Positions 38,103-47,113 of a DNA stretch of 64,000 bases are shown here, piece by piece (position 1 is the first letter of the stretch; each line of letters starts with the position of its first letter). A model generated the notes under the pieces. That model was not told the DNA's origin. It did not search any database and saw only the letters and a program-made list of their open reading frames with translations. The translations under genes were made by a program, and so were the position numbers. Origin of the DNA: a virus (Duplodnaviria; Caudoviricetes); IMG/VR virus record IMGVR_UViG_3300031993_000044, positions 1-64,000 of that record. The stretch is one strand, 5' to 3'.

Positions 38103-38249
38103 ATGTTCAAGGAAACAATCAACAACTTTAAGGAGATTTGGCGCGACAAGAAAGAGCGCAAGGAGTTTATCGGCGGCATGTGCTGCGTGATAGCAATGTT
38201 CGCAGTAACGTATGTGTGGATGGTGATTGCATACGCAATACAGGGTTAA
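38103..38249 (+). CDS. 48-aa membrane peptide (not in ORF track)
   Basis: MFKETINNFKEIWRDKKERKEFIGGMCCVIAMFAVTYVWMVIAYAIQG*; preceded by CAGTACGACTATG. Confidence 0.65.
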   Translation: MFKETINNFKEIWRDKKERKEFIGGMCCVIAMFAVTYVWMVIAYAIQG

Positions 38250-38271
38250 TAACAGCTTAACAAGTACGACA

Positions 38272-38583
38272 ATGGAAATAGGAACGACAATGGTACGGTT
38301 TCAGATGCCAAAGGAGCAAATGAGCCAGCAGACGGACAAGGCAGTGCTGCTTGAACTGTTTAAGGTTGAAGCGACGGGCGAGCTTGTCAAGGAATGGGTG
38401 CCGCTCTCAAAGATTGAGTTTGAGGAAAGCACGGAAAACAGCGACGTGTACGACGTAATCATGCCCAAGTGGCTTTTCTACAAGAAGGACGTTCTGCCGC
38501 TGTACTGCAACGTAAAAAACGAGTTTGTGGTAACTACATACGCAGACAAGTACGAGCTGCTTGCAGCCGCGAGAAAACAGTAA
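38272..38583 (+). CDS. hypothetical protein
   Basis: AAGTACGACAATG start; TDKAVLL..WVPLSKI..MPKWL. Confidence 0.65.
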   Translation: MEIGTTMVRFQMPKEQMSQQTDKAVLLELFKVEATGELVKEWVPLSKIEFEESTENSDVYDVIMPKWLFYKKDVLPLYCNVKNEFVVTTYADKYELLAAARKQ

Positions 38584-38639
38584 AACAACGACAATTCAGT
38601 AATTAACTTTATTCATTAACATTTTTAATTCATACAACT

Positions 38640-39572
38640 ATGAGTACAACAATGATTGAAACGACAAAGGGTGTAAACAACAATCAGTTTTTCAACTTCG
38701 AAGAAGCAAAGGTGCAGGCATTGACGCTGGAGCAGCTGGAGCGCACTCACCGCGAGAATGACGTGTACGAGAAGCCGCTGCGTGGCATCTACCACTTCGC
38801 ACTTATCCACCAGCTGATTGACATGTGCAACGAGATTGGCTACAACGTGGAGCTGTACGACCTGTTTGCAGCTAACAACAAAGACCGTACCCAGCCGGGC
38901 GTTGTACGCCTCCCGCAGATTGAGCAGATTAAGGGCGAGCGTGCCATTGAAGCGCATATCCTGCGTAGAGTGTTCGCCAACGTGCGCATTACGGACTTCG
39001 ATAATCAGGAAACAACGACAAACCTTGCTGTTGCCTACCATCAGAAAGGCATACAGATTGGCTTCGGCCCTAACGTGATGATTTGCCACAACCAATGTAT
39101 GCTCGGTGCGCAGTACTACGGTGCCACATACGGCGACAAGGGCAAGGGCAAGAACTCCGCTAACAAGTACGAGCTTAACGAGCTGCTGGACGTTGTGAAG
39201 TCGTGGCTCGTGGACGCACGCCACATCATCGTTACGGAGCGCGATAAGATTGAGCGCATGAAGAATATCGAGGTGAGTGCTGACAAGCTGCTTGTCATTA
39301 TCGGAATGCTGACAGCCATCCGCGTTAAGTGTGACAGCACGAACAAGCTCATACACGAACACCGTACATACCCGCTCAACCAGGCACAGATTAACAGCCT
39401 TACGGAACGGCTGCTTATCAAGTACGAGGAAACAAAGCACGTGACGCTTTGGAACTTGTACAACGCCGCGACTGACATGTACAAGGTGCAGCAGATGGAC
39501 ACGCCGATGATTATGCCGCAAAACATAGCTTTGGCCGAGCTGCTGGAAGAGCAGTTCCACTTCGGAATGTAA
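38640..39572 (+). CDS. DUF932 family protein
   Basis: AVAYHQKGIQIGFGPNVMICHNQC; TLWNLYNAAT. Confidence 0.7.
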   Translation: MSTTMIETTKGVNNNQFFNFEEAKVQALTLEQLERTHRENDVYEKPLRGIYHFALIHQLIDMCNEIGYNVELYDLFAANNKDRTQPGVVRLPQIEQIKGERAIEAHILRRVFANVRITDFDNQETTTNLAVAYHQKGIQIGFGPNVMICHNQCMLGAQYYGATYGDKGKGKNSANKYELNELLDVVKSWLVDARHIIVTERDKIERMKNIEVSADKLLVIIGMLTAIRVKCDSTNKLIHEHRTYPLNQAQINSLTERLLIKYEETKHVTLWNLYNAATDMYKVQQMDTPMIMPQNIALAELLEEQFHFGM

Positions 39573-39642
39573 GACACAGTTCACGCAGGCAGCGTACACA
39601 CGTGCGCTGTCTGCATTTAATAACAACAAAAAAAGAAGAAAG

Positions 39643-40029
39643 ATGGATTTACAAGGTTCAATCGACTTGCTTAAGCTTACCAACGCTTGCGTTGCGACGC
39701 TTGGCAAGACAACGAAGAAAAGGTGCGTCGTTATCCCGATAGACGATAACGACCTCTCTGTGAAGAACGAGGACAACAGCACGAAGCCCCGTTCTGTGTA
39801 CTTGGGCGTGAACGTATGGGAACGGCAGCAGCCCAGCCAATACGGACATACGCACTACATCAAGCAAAGCTTCAGCAAGGCCTACCGGGAAGCGCACACT
39901 GAGGACGAAATGAAGAACAAGCCATTCTTTGGCGACATGAAGCCTATACTGCGTCAGAACGGTGCAACGTCGTTTGATGCGCCGGTAGTGGAAATGGAGC
40001 AGCAGGAAAAGGACGATTTACCATTCTAA
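39643..40029 (+). CDS. putative single-stranded DNA-binding protein
   Basis: GSIDLLKL beta-rich body with acidic DDLPF C-terminal tail. Confidence 0.55.
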   Translation: MDLQGSIDLLKLTNACVATLGKTTKKRCVVIPIDDNDLSVKNEDNSTKPRSVYLGVNVWERQQPSQYGHTHYIKQSFSKAYREAHTEDEMKNKPFFGDMKPILRQNGATSFDAPVVEMEQQEKDDLPF

Positions 40030-40041
40030 AACTTATACGAT

Positions 40042-40506
40042 ATGAGAAGCAGAACAGCACAATGGTTTCAGACCAAAATCAGGTATGAAAAGACGATGGA
40101 GGACGGCTTGCAGAAGAAAGTTACGGAGCTGTACACCATCGACGCATTAAGCCACGCGGAAGCGGAGGAACGTATCATAGAGGAAATGAGCCACTACATC
40201 AGCGGCGAGTACGAAGTGACAAGCGTAGTTCCTGCGCCCTACAAAGAAGTGTTCTTTAGCGACAGCATGGAAGCTGACCGCTACTTTAAGGCAAAGCTTG
40301 CATTCATCACCATCAACGAAAAGACGGAAAAGGAAAAGCGCACAGCCGTAACGTACCTTATCCACGCACAGACGTTTGACGGTGCTGTAAAGGCTATCCA
40401 CGAAGTGATGGGCGGCACGATGATAGACTACGTTGTCTTAAGCGTTGCCGAAACGAACATCATGGACGTTTTCGAGTACAAGAAGCCCGAAGAAGCAGAG
40501 GTATGA
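40042..40506 (+). CDS. DUF4494 family protein
   Basis: WFQTKIRYEKTMEDGLQKKVTELYTIDALSHAEAEERIIEEM. Confidence 0.85.
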   Translation: MRSRTAQWFQTKIRYEKTMEDGLQKKVTELYTIDALSHAEAEERIIEEMSHYISGEYEVTSVVPAPYKEVFFSDSMEADRYFKAKLAFITINEKTEKEKRTAVTYLIHAQTFDGAVKAIHEVMGGTMIDYVVLSVAETNIMDVFEYKKPEEAEV

Positions 40507-40697
40507 GCAATGTTGAAACGTTGAAGAAGCTGCAAGAGCAGTACAATGACCTGCGTAAAAGCAACGCTGTTGGGAGTATTCAGCTCAACAGCGTTGCCGG
40601 AACGCTGCTTATTGAAAACCGCAATGTCATTAACACAGTGCTTGACACGCTCATTGCGGAAACACAGAAGCGAATAGAAAAGGAAATGCAGATATGA
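40503..40697 (+). CDS. hypothetical protein
   Basis: ATGA coupling. Confidence 0.55.
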   Translation: MSNVETLKKLQEQYNDLRKSNAVGSIQLNSVAGTLLIENRNVINTVLDTLIAETQKRIEKEMQI

Positions 40698-40900
40698 CAG
40701 CAGTAAAAGTAACTTTCAAGCAGTCGGGCGACACGCAGTTTTTCAAAAGCTGTGCGGAGCTTTTCAAGCAGCACAGCAGCAAGGAACTTGGCATTTGCTT
40801 GGCCGCTTTGTGGAACGCCCTTTCACCCAGCAAGGGAAAGGAACGCTACGAGAACGACAACATAATCATTGAACGAACATCATTTAAGAACTGGCAGTAA
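40694..40900 (+). CDS. hypothetical protein
   Basis: ATGA coupling. Confidence 0.55.
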   Translation: MTAVKVTFKQSGDTQFFKSCAELFKQHSSKELGICLAALWNALSPSKGKERYENDNIIIERTSFKNWQ

Positions 40901-40904
40901 GACT

Positions 40905-41708
40905 ATGGCAAGTACGGCAACAAGGCTAAAGAGATACGAGCAACGTGTTAAGCAGGAGGTGGAAAAGCGCAAGAAGCTCTATGCAAAGCAGCTGGAACAC
41001 ACACGGCTTAAGGAACAGGCATTGCAGAAACGCGCAACGGAAACAAGCGAGGAACGCGAGGAACGGCAGACGGCTGTCTCAACGTTCTACAGCGTCACTT
41101 TCATCAACGACATCGTAGGCAATGTTGTCGTTGACTTTATTGCAGCAGCAAGGCAGGACAAGGAACTGTACCGCTTTACTGACAAGAAGAATGTTGAGCA
41201 GATAGAAAAGGCACGCACGGACTACGAGCAGCGGCTTGAAAGTGCTGCAAAGTATTACGGCTATTACATGTACGACATGATGGACTACGTGGAGGAAAAG
41301 ACGCGCAACGACGTTTTCTTCTACCGCAACGCAATACAGATGCAGTTTTCAAGGAACAAGCTGCCAAAGTATCAGCTTCTTGCGCTGCTGGAAACAGCAC
41401 GCTCACTTGCATGGTATGCGTGCCAGCTGTGTGACGCACGCATCAAGCACATTGAGAAGTACGACGACATGGCCTTCAACCTTGCACAGCTACGCATTAC
41501 CCAGCTGCATAACAAGCTGACAAGCCTTGCAGACAATTGGTACAAGCGTTTTTGTCCCAAGGGCGTGAAGATTGAACTTTACAAGGACATGAACAGCGCA
41601 AACGGCGTGCAGATAATAGCAAACAAGGTGGAAAGCGGCGACATGATAGCTGCTGCCATACAGTATGCAGACGAAAACGCAAAACAAAAAGGAGAAACGG
41701 AACAATGA
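40905..41708 (+). CDS. hypothetical helical protein
   Basis: ATG 40905 within ORF 40869..41708. Confidence 0.65.
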   Translation: MASTATRLKRYEQRVKQEVEKRKKLYAKQLEHTRLKEQALQKRATETSEEREERQTAVSTFYSVTFINDIVGNVVVDFIAAARQDKELYRFTDKKNVEQIEKARTDYEQRLESAAKYYGYYMYDMMDYVEEKTRNDVFFYRNAIQMQFSRNKLPKYQLLALLETARSLAWYACQLCDARIKHIEKYDDMAFNLAQLRITQLHNKLTSLADNWYKRFCPKGVKIELYKDMNSANGVQIIANKVESGDMIAAAIQYADENAKQKGETEQ

Positions 41709-42070
41709 AAGCAAGAATCATAAAGACGGGCGAGGTCGTGGACGTGCAGCCAGGCTCGCTTATAGCAATACAACGCGAGGGCGACGATTCATGGAACGGC
41801 GAGGAACTGGCCGTCGAAGAAGTGCAAATCATACCTGACGGCTACAACGAAGTGCGCACACGTGCAGCGATTGCAGCGATGCAGGGATTCATAACGACAA
41901 TGAGCAATGAAAGTGTCATTTGCTCCATAAACAGGAACGCACAGGAAAACAACATGGTTGCGTGCGAATGGGTCGCTGAAACGGCAGTGACTTATGCGGA
42001 CGCGCTTGTAAACGCATTATTCAATACAAACGGACAACATGAAGCTGATAAAGTACAAAACAAGGGTTGA
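41705..42070 (+). CDS. hypothetical phage protein
   Basis: MKARIIKTGEVVDV; RAAIAAMQG..AVTYADALV motif common in Bacteroidota phages. Confidence 0.65.
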   Translation: MKARIIKTGEVVDVQPGSLIAIQREGDDSWNGEELAVEEVQIIPDGYNEVRTRAAIAAMQGFITTMSNESVICSINRNAQENNMVACEWVAETAVTYADALVNALFNTNGQHEADKVQNKG

Positions 42071-42245
42071 CGCATCAAGCGGTACGTCCCGGCTGCTTAC
42101 TCCATGCCCATACGGCGAGAAGCACGGCCAAAAAGAGATTGTGAACAAAGTGGGTAGCATACACTGCAAACGGTGCAAGCACTATTTCAGTGAGCCTTTC
42201 CTGCACAGTGTTCAATGCAAGGCAGACGAGAGCAATAACGCTTAA
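42039..42245 (+). CDS. small Cys-rich protein
   Basis: TPCPYG..KVGSIHCKRCKHY. Confidence 0.55.
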   Translation: MKLIKYKTRVDASSGTSRLLTPCPYGEKHGQKEIVNKVGSIHCKRCKHYFSEPFLHSVQCKADESNNA

Positions 42246-42268
42246 ATAACAATCAAAAACAAAGTATT

Positions 42269-42538
42269 ATGAGTGACAATCACAAAAGATGCCCGGTTTG
42301 CGGAAAGTACGCAAGCAAGGCAATGGTAGAGAAGTACGAAAAGCTTGTTTCCGACAAGGCAATGCTGGAAAACAAGCTGAAAGTGAAAGAGGGGCTTGTG
42401 AACTCGCTGAAAGGTGAGATTGCAAAGCAAGCAGAGGAAATTGCAGCCCTGCGTGAAGCAAAGAACGACTTGCTTGCAAAGAACGAGCAGATGCTTAACC
42501 GTGGCTTCTTTGCACGCCTGTTTAACGTTAAGCACTAA
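42269..42538 (+). CDS. Zn-ribbon/coiled-coil protein
   Basis: CPVCGK followed by a coiled coil; RGFFARLF. Confidence 0.6.
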   Translation: MSDNHKRCPVCGKYASKAMVEKYEKLVSDKAMLENKLKVKEGLVNSLKGEIAKQAEEIAALREAKNDLLAKNEQMLNRGFFARLFNVKH

Positions 42539-42919
42539 ATGGACGCAAAGGACGTAACAAGCTTCATTACCGTGCTACGCGGAACAGACAAGTTCCTGCG
42601 TGACATCTACAGCTTTGGCGGCTGCTACAAGTTCGTCGTGCTGTTGCAGTACGTGTTTGGTCGTGGTGAGCCGTTTATGAACGCAGAGGGCAATCATTGC
42701 GCCTGCATGATAGACGGCTCACTATACGACATCGACGGGCTTGTTACGGATGAAGCGGGATGGCACGCTTTCAGCAAGGAGGACTACGAAAAGGCGCAGA
42801 AGTGGTCTTTTTCAAAGAACTACATGCTGCAAATAGCAGAGTGTCCGCATTGCGGAGAGCCTATCACGCATCCGAGCATGGACTATAAAATATGTGTGCA
42901 TGACAATAGAATGTTATAA
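42539..42919 (+). CDS. papain/transglutaminase-like fold protein (putative Cys-His-Asp)
   Basis: GGCYKF...NHCACMIDGSLYDIDG. Confidence 0.45.
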   Translation: MDAKDVTSFITVLRGTDKFLRDIYSFGGCYKFVVLLQYVFGRGEPFMNAEGNHCACMIDGSLYDIDGLVTDEAGWHAFSKEDYEKAQKWSFSKNYMLQIAECPHCGEPITHPSMDYKICVHDNRML

Positions 42920-43142
42920 CATCATGTTGCAGGGTACTTCCATTTGCGACACAATGCCGAAAAACCTGCGATTCCGCATACCTAAAAAGCCAAAGTTTAG
43001 GAACTTGCGGGAAAAGAAACGCTACGACAATCGTATGCTTAAGCGGCGAAAAGGCAAGCGGTTCACAGCGAAAGTGAACTACTATGACGAAATAAACTCT
43101 TTAGACAAAATACGGTTAGGATATGACAAAAAGGGAATTTGA
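42894..43142 (+). CDS. small basic hypothetical protein
   Basis: K/R-rich ORF; start uncertain. Confidence 0.4.
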   Translation: MCMTIECYNIMLQGTSICDTMPKNLRFRIPKKPKFRNLREKKRYDNRMLKRRKGKRFTAKVNYYDEINSLDKIRLGYDKKGI

Positions 43143-43202
43143 AACGGGCTGTGGCTGCATTTGCTGGCTGCTGGCACTGATAGTTATGCTTATTCTTTGC
43201 TT

Positions 43203-43550
43203 ATGAAAGAACGTATCTACATCAGCGGCCCTATAACCGGCCACGACATCTACGAGCGCAGGTCAACATTTGAAACTGTGCAGCACTACTTGGAACACCT
43301 GAACGGCTGGAAAGTGTTTAACCCGCTGAAAAACGGACTTCCAGCCGACGCGCACAGGTCGGAACACATGAGGGAGGACTTAAAGCAGCTGCTTAACTGT
43401 ACCGCTATCTACATGATGAAAGGTTGGGAGAAAAGCGCAGGCTGTCAGCTGGAGTTCAACATGGCTACGCAGATAGGCTTAAGTGTCTTTTTTGAAGGCC
43501 AAAAGCATTGGTTCGTGCAGTTTGCAACGGCAAAGTACACAGAGAAATGA
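43203..43550 (+). CDS. DUF4406 family protein
   Basis: IYISGPITG, FNP, LLNCTAIYMMKGWEKSAGCQLE. Confidence 0.88.
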   Translation: MKERIYISGPITGHDIYERRSTFETVQHYLEHLNGWKVFNPLKNGLPADAHRSEHMREDLKQLLNCTAIYMMKGWEKSAGCQLEFNMATQIGLSVFFEGQKHWFVQFATAKYTEK

Positions 43551-43807
43551 GGTACGCACTACGACGGCAGGACAAGCTGAAAGAAGCGTTTGGCGACGCT
43601 TTTTTGGCAGAGCTTAACGTGAGCCTTAAACTGTTTTTTGACGCACGCACGCCCGAAGAAGTGCAGCAGGAGCAGCACCCAGCGGAGCCGTACCCGACAA
43701 TCAACGTGCATTGCTTCGCCGACATCGACACTGTTTATGTGTTATACTGCACGCAGTTGGTGTACGACGTTCAGCACTTGGCATACAAAGAAACATTGAA
43801 GAAGTAA
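43547..43807 (+). CDS. hypothetical protein
   Basis: ATGA coupling; MRYALRRQDK. Confidence 0.55.
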   Translation: MRYALRRQDKLKEAFGDAFLAELNVSLKLFFDARTPEEVQQEQHPAEPYPTINVHCFADIDTVYVLYCTQLVYDVQHLAYKETLKK

Positions 43808-43811
43808 CAAC

Positions 43812-44306
43812 ATGAGCAATTACGACAAGCTTAAGCAAAGGGAGCAAAGCAGAAAGTTCTACGACTACGCCATTGGCATTGACACAGGCACGCACACGGG
43901 CATTGCGGTGTACGACATTGCCCAGCGCAAGCTTATACACGTTGACACGGTTAAGCTGCATGTTGCGCTGCTTTACGTGCTGGACTTCATTAAGAAGTGC
44001 GAGAGCGAGGGCAGTCACTTTTTCCTGCGTGTGGAAGATGCACGTCAGCGCAATTGGTTCGGCTCACGCTCACAGTACAAGTTGCAGGGTGCTGGCAGCG
44101 TCAAGCGTGACAGCGTTATTTGGCAGGACTTCTTGCTGGACTACGGGCTGACATTTGAAATGGTAGCACCGCAACGGCAGCAGGGCTACACAAAGCTTAC
44201 GCAGTCAGCCTTTACAAATCTCACGGGCTACAAGGGCAGGACATCAGAACACGCACGGGATGCAGCTATGCTTGTATTCGGGTGCAACAGAGTTATTCCA
44301 TTTTAA
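43812..44306 (+). CDS. RuvC/RNase H-like Holliday junction resolvase
   Basis: IGIDTGTHTGIA, VEDAR, SEHARDAAML. Confidence 0.75.
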   Translation: MSNYDKLKQREQSRKFYDYAIGIDTGTHTGIAVYDIAQRKLIHVDTVKLHVALLYVLDFIKKCESEGSHFFLRVEDARQRNWFGSRSQYKLQGAGSVKRDSVIWQDFLLDYGLTFEMVAPQRQQGYTKLTQSAFTNLTGYKGRTSEHARDAAMLVFGCNRVIPF

Positions 44307-44317
44307 CAAGTACGACT

Positions 44318-44566
44318 ATGATATTCATAAAAAACGGACATAAGCTTTGGGAAGACATCGAGCGTTATAAACGCATGTTCCCAAACTCATACATAAGCTA
44401 CGACCAAGTTAAGGCAGAGCTGGAAGAAAACAAGGACATGCCCAATGGTCAAGTGTTTGGCATTTCAGTGGCAAAGGAGTGGCCGGACAAGTGCTACGGC
44501 TTTGAAGTTGACAGCGTAACACCCAGTACAACAACTTTCCTGTATTTGGGGCTTTGGAAGTGCTGA
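44318..44566 (+). CDS. hypothetical protein
   Basis: AAGTACGACTATG start. Confidence 0.6.
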   Translation: MIFIKNGHKLWEDIERYKRMFPNSYISYDQVKAELEENKDMPNGQVFGISVAKEWPDKCYGFEVDSVTPSTTTFLYLGLWKC

Positions 44567-44583
44567 CAGCCGGCTTTCTTCTT

Positions 44584-44702
44584 AAAAATCCTTAATATTA
44601 TATAGTTTTGATTAGTTTTATTAGGTTTTTCGAGAAATAAGATTGACCTTTGCCACACGACAAACATCAGTTTAACTTTTAATTATAGGAGATACGACAA
44701 TG
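44584..44702 (+). promoter_or_regulatory. early promoter/leader cassette P2
   Basis: Same boxes and N27/N17 spacing as P1; -7 box GACCTTTG. Confidence 0.85.
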
Positions 44703-45152
44703 ACAACGACAATTGAAAAGAAGCAGACCCCAAAGGGGAAAAGCTATTGGGAAAACAGCGGTGCTTACAGCAAGGAAAACGACATCCTGTTTAAGCAGCT
44801 CGTTCCAGCTTCGGGTGAAGCAGACACAGTGAACGGTGAGCTTGTGCGTGCTGCCAACCGCTTGTACTACGAGTATTGCAACAACGGCAACATGAACGCT
44901 TGCGACGTTAAGTATTACGATTGGGACGAGGACGAAGAAGATGGTGAGTACAGCGTCAACGCATACTACAAGAAGATGCTGGACTTCATCCGCGAACACG
45001 TTAGCGAAGCAAGCGACCTTTGCGACAAAGTAGAGCAGATTATCCTTGATTCCCACTTTTCCGACAGCGACGAGGACATGCACACTTACGACCTATTCTG
45101 CGACGCTGTTATGTACTACGTGCTTACACACGACAATAAGAAAAGAGCTTAA
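44700..45152 (+). CDS. hypothetical acidic early protein
   Basis: LVPASGEADTVNGELVRAANRLYYEYCNNGN. Confidence 0.7.
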   Translation: MTTTIEKKQTPKGKSYWENSGAYSKENDILFKQLVPASGEADTVNGELVRAANRLYYEYCNNGNMNACDVKYYDWDEDEEDGEYSVNAYYKKMLDFIREHVSEASDLCDKVEQIILDSHFSDSDEDMHTYDLFCDAVMYYVLTHDNKKRA

Positions 45153-45163
45153 TCAGTACGACT

Positions 45164-45511
45164 ATGACAGAGCAAGAACTTAAAAAGTACAAGGTGCAAG
45201 TTCCGAAAGGCTTTCCCGTAGCCTTTCGGGACACTCGCATTACGGACGAGTACGGCATCTATGAAACGGGATTGTTTCAGTATCAGGGCATGAAGATTTG
45301 CATTAGCATTGACGATGGCAAGTGGCACTTGTCTGTCAGCGCAAAGTACCCGCTTGGCTATGAGCAGCTGAAAAAGGTGCGCTACATGTTCCTGCCAAAC
45401 GCAATGCACGTTGCGCAGATATTCCCGCCCAGGGAGCAGTTTGTAAACGTTCATACGTGCTGCTGGCACTTATGGGAAATAGACTTTGAGAATGACGGCG
45501 ACAATGAGTAA
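45164..45511 (+). CDS. conserved phage protein (DUF7694-like)
   Basis: WHLSVS..YEQLKKVRY..AQIFPPREQFVNVH.CCWHLW. Confidence 0.65.
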   Translation: MTEQELKKYKVQVPKGFPVAFRDTRITDEYGIYETGLFQYQGMKICISIDDGKWHLSVSAKYPLGYEQLKKVRYMFLPNAMHVAQIFPPREQFVNVHTCCWHLWEIDFENDGDNE

Positions 45512-45680
45512 CAGAACGGACAATATTGTACGTGTTGCAATGTGGCTGCTTATAGTGGCTTGCAGCCTGCAAAGCGTTTACTACCTGCTTCACTTGCAGC
45601 TTGCGGAAACGTTGCTTTTCGCGCTGTCAGCAGCACAAAGCTGGTGCAATATTGTCATGCTAAACGAAACAGAATTATGA
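45504..45680 (+). CDS. small membrane protein
   Basis: Two hydrophobic segments; coupled overlaps. Confidence 0.5.
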   Translation: MSNRTDNIVRVAMWLLIVACSLQSVYYLLHLQLAETLLFALSAAQSWCNIVMLNETEL

Positions 45681-45904
45681 TGATACTTTTCAAAGACGAG
45701 CAAGGCAACAGCGTTGGCAGATGGGTCAACGTGGAGTATGCCGACCACGGAACGCCACAAATAGGCGACCATGTTATACTGCACAGCGGCGACTATAACG
45801 AGCTTGCGCAGGAGTTTGTAATCAAGTACCGCACGTTTGACGGCACAAAGATGAATGTTGTTTACGCGACGGTCGAAGCAGTAGGAAAGGAGTACAAGGT
45901 ATGA
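45677..45904 (+). CDS. hypothetical protein
   Basis: ATG 45677; PQIGDHVIL. Confidence 0.55.
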   Translation: MMILFKDEQGNSVGRWVNVEYADHGTPQIGDHVILHSGDYNELAQEFVIKYRTFDGTKMNVVYATVEAVGKEYKV

Positions 45905-46062
45905 CAGTAAACATCACAATTAAGGCAGAACACGGCGAGCTTAAGCTGGAGGGCTGCACAAAGTCACCACTTGTTGACGCACTGGAAGATGCGCTTAAGA
46001 ACTTTGACGACTTGCTCGTAGGCAAGCCCAAGAAGATAATAATTGACAACATCAAACAGTAA
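45901..46062 (+). CDS. 53-aa hypothetical protein (not in ORF track)
   Basis: MTVNITIKAEHGELKLEG...IDNIKQ*; ATGA coupling. Confidence 0.55.
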   Translation: MTVNITIKAEHGELKLEGCTKSPLVDALEDALKNFDDLLVGKPKKIIIDNIKQ

Positions 46063-46068
46063 ACGACT

Positions 46069-46581
46069 ATGGCACAACAGAAGATGATTGGCTCTGAAAT
46101 GTTCATTGAACGCATACAGGAGTTTATCGACAAGCAGATAGCGGAGGATGCAGCGTTTGCGGAAAAGGTGCGCAACACAAAGCGCACTGTGAACGATTGC
46201 GCTGCATGGATGATTGAGAAGCTTGCACAGGACTTTCAAAAGACGGGCAAGATGGGCTACGACGACAGCGAGATTTACGGGCTTGCACTGCATTTCTTCG
46301 ACGAGCCTAACCTAAAGGCAAAGGGCAACTTGAATTTCCAAGGGCTGATAATGAGCAACCGCCCGGCGACAAGGCCATACAATCCGCGTGAGCTTACGGA
46401 CGAGGAAAAGGCACGCTTGGACGATGCAGCACGTGAGCAGTACAAGAACGAGCAGCTTAACAAGTTTCGTATGCAGGAACAAAAGGAGCGAGAGAAAGAA
46501 GAAAAGCGCATTGCAAAGGCAAAGGAACGCCAGCAGCAGCAAGCACAGCAGTATGTTCAACCCTCATTATTTGATATGTAA
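46069..46581 (+). CDS. PcfK-like protein (family includes the anti-CRISPR AcrIIA9)
   Basis: FAEKVRNTKRTVNDCAAWM, GYDDSEIYGLALHFFDE, QPSLF. Confidence 0.8.
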   Translation: MAQQKMIGSEMFIERIQEFIDKQIAEDAAFAEKVRNTKRTVNDCAAWMIEKLAQDFQKTGKMGYDDSEIYGLALHFFDEPNLKAKGNLNFQGLIMSNRPATRPYNPRELTDEEKARLDDAAREQYKNEQLNKFRMQEQKEREKEEKRIAKAKERQQQQAQQYVQPSLFDM

Positions 46582-46583
46582 CT

Positions 46584-47111
46584 ATGAATAAAGTCGAACT
46601 TTATCAGGAAATGCTCATTGAAGCAATGAAGCGTCGTATTAACGCTGTAACAGACGAGCAAAATGCGCTCAACAACTTAATGGGCGCAAAGATTAGCAAC
46701 ATTTGGAAACACATAGGAAAGAAGCAGTACACAATCGACGGGCGAAAGTTCGTTCCAGCACAAATAAAGTGGTACGAATCTTCATTCCAGCCGTGCTACT
46801 GCATTACAATTACATTCCTTTGCGTACCGTCAGAACTTCTTAAGGACAAGAAGCTGACAGACACGGAGCGCAAGAAAATACGCGAATATGAAAAGAGCGT
46901 CTTCAACGAATTTTCGTTTGACGTTCAGAAAAGCAATTTGAATGAAGTGCTGTTAGACAAAGTACACAGAGACTTTCATTGGGAGTTGTACAACTGCCGC
47001 AACAAAATACAAGTTTGTGAAATCAGGGAATGGAAATACGACTTGGAGGACATAACGTCAGACAGCTTTGTTAGAAACGGAATGACGATGGATAGTCAAT
47101 TTCTTTGGTAG
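46584..47111 (+). CDS. hypothetical protein
   Basis: 175-aa ORF between the PcfK and PcfJ genes; lower GC than neighbours by eye. Confidence 0.6.
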   Translation: MNKVELYQEMLIEAMKRRINAVTDEQNALNNLMGAKISNIWKHIGKKQYTIDGRKFVPAQIKWYESSFQPCYCITITFLCVPSELLKDKKLTDTERKKIREYEKSVFNEFSFDVQKSNLNEVLLDKVHRDFHWELYNCRNKIQVCEIREWKYDLEDITSDSFVRNGMTMDSQFLW

Positions 47112-47113
47112 CT

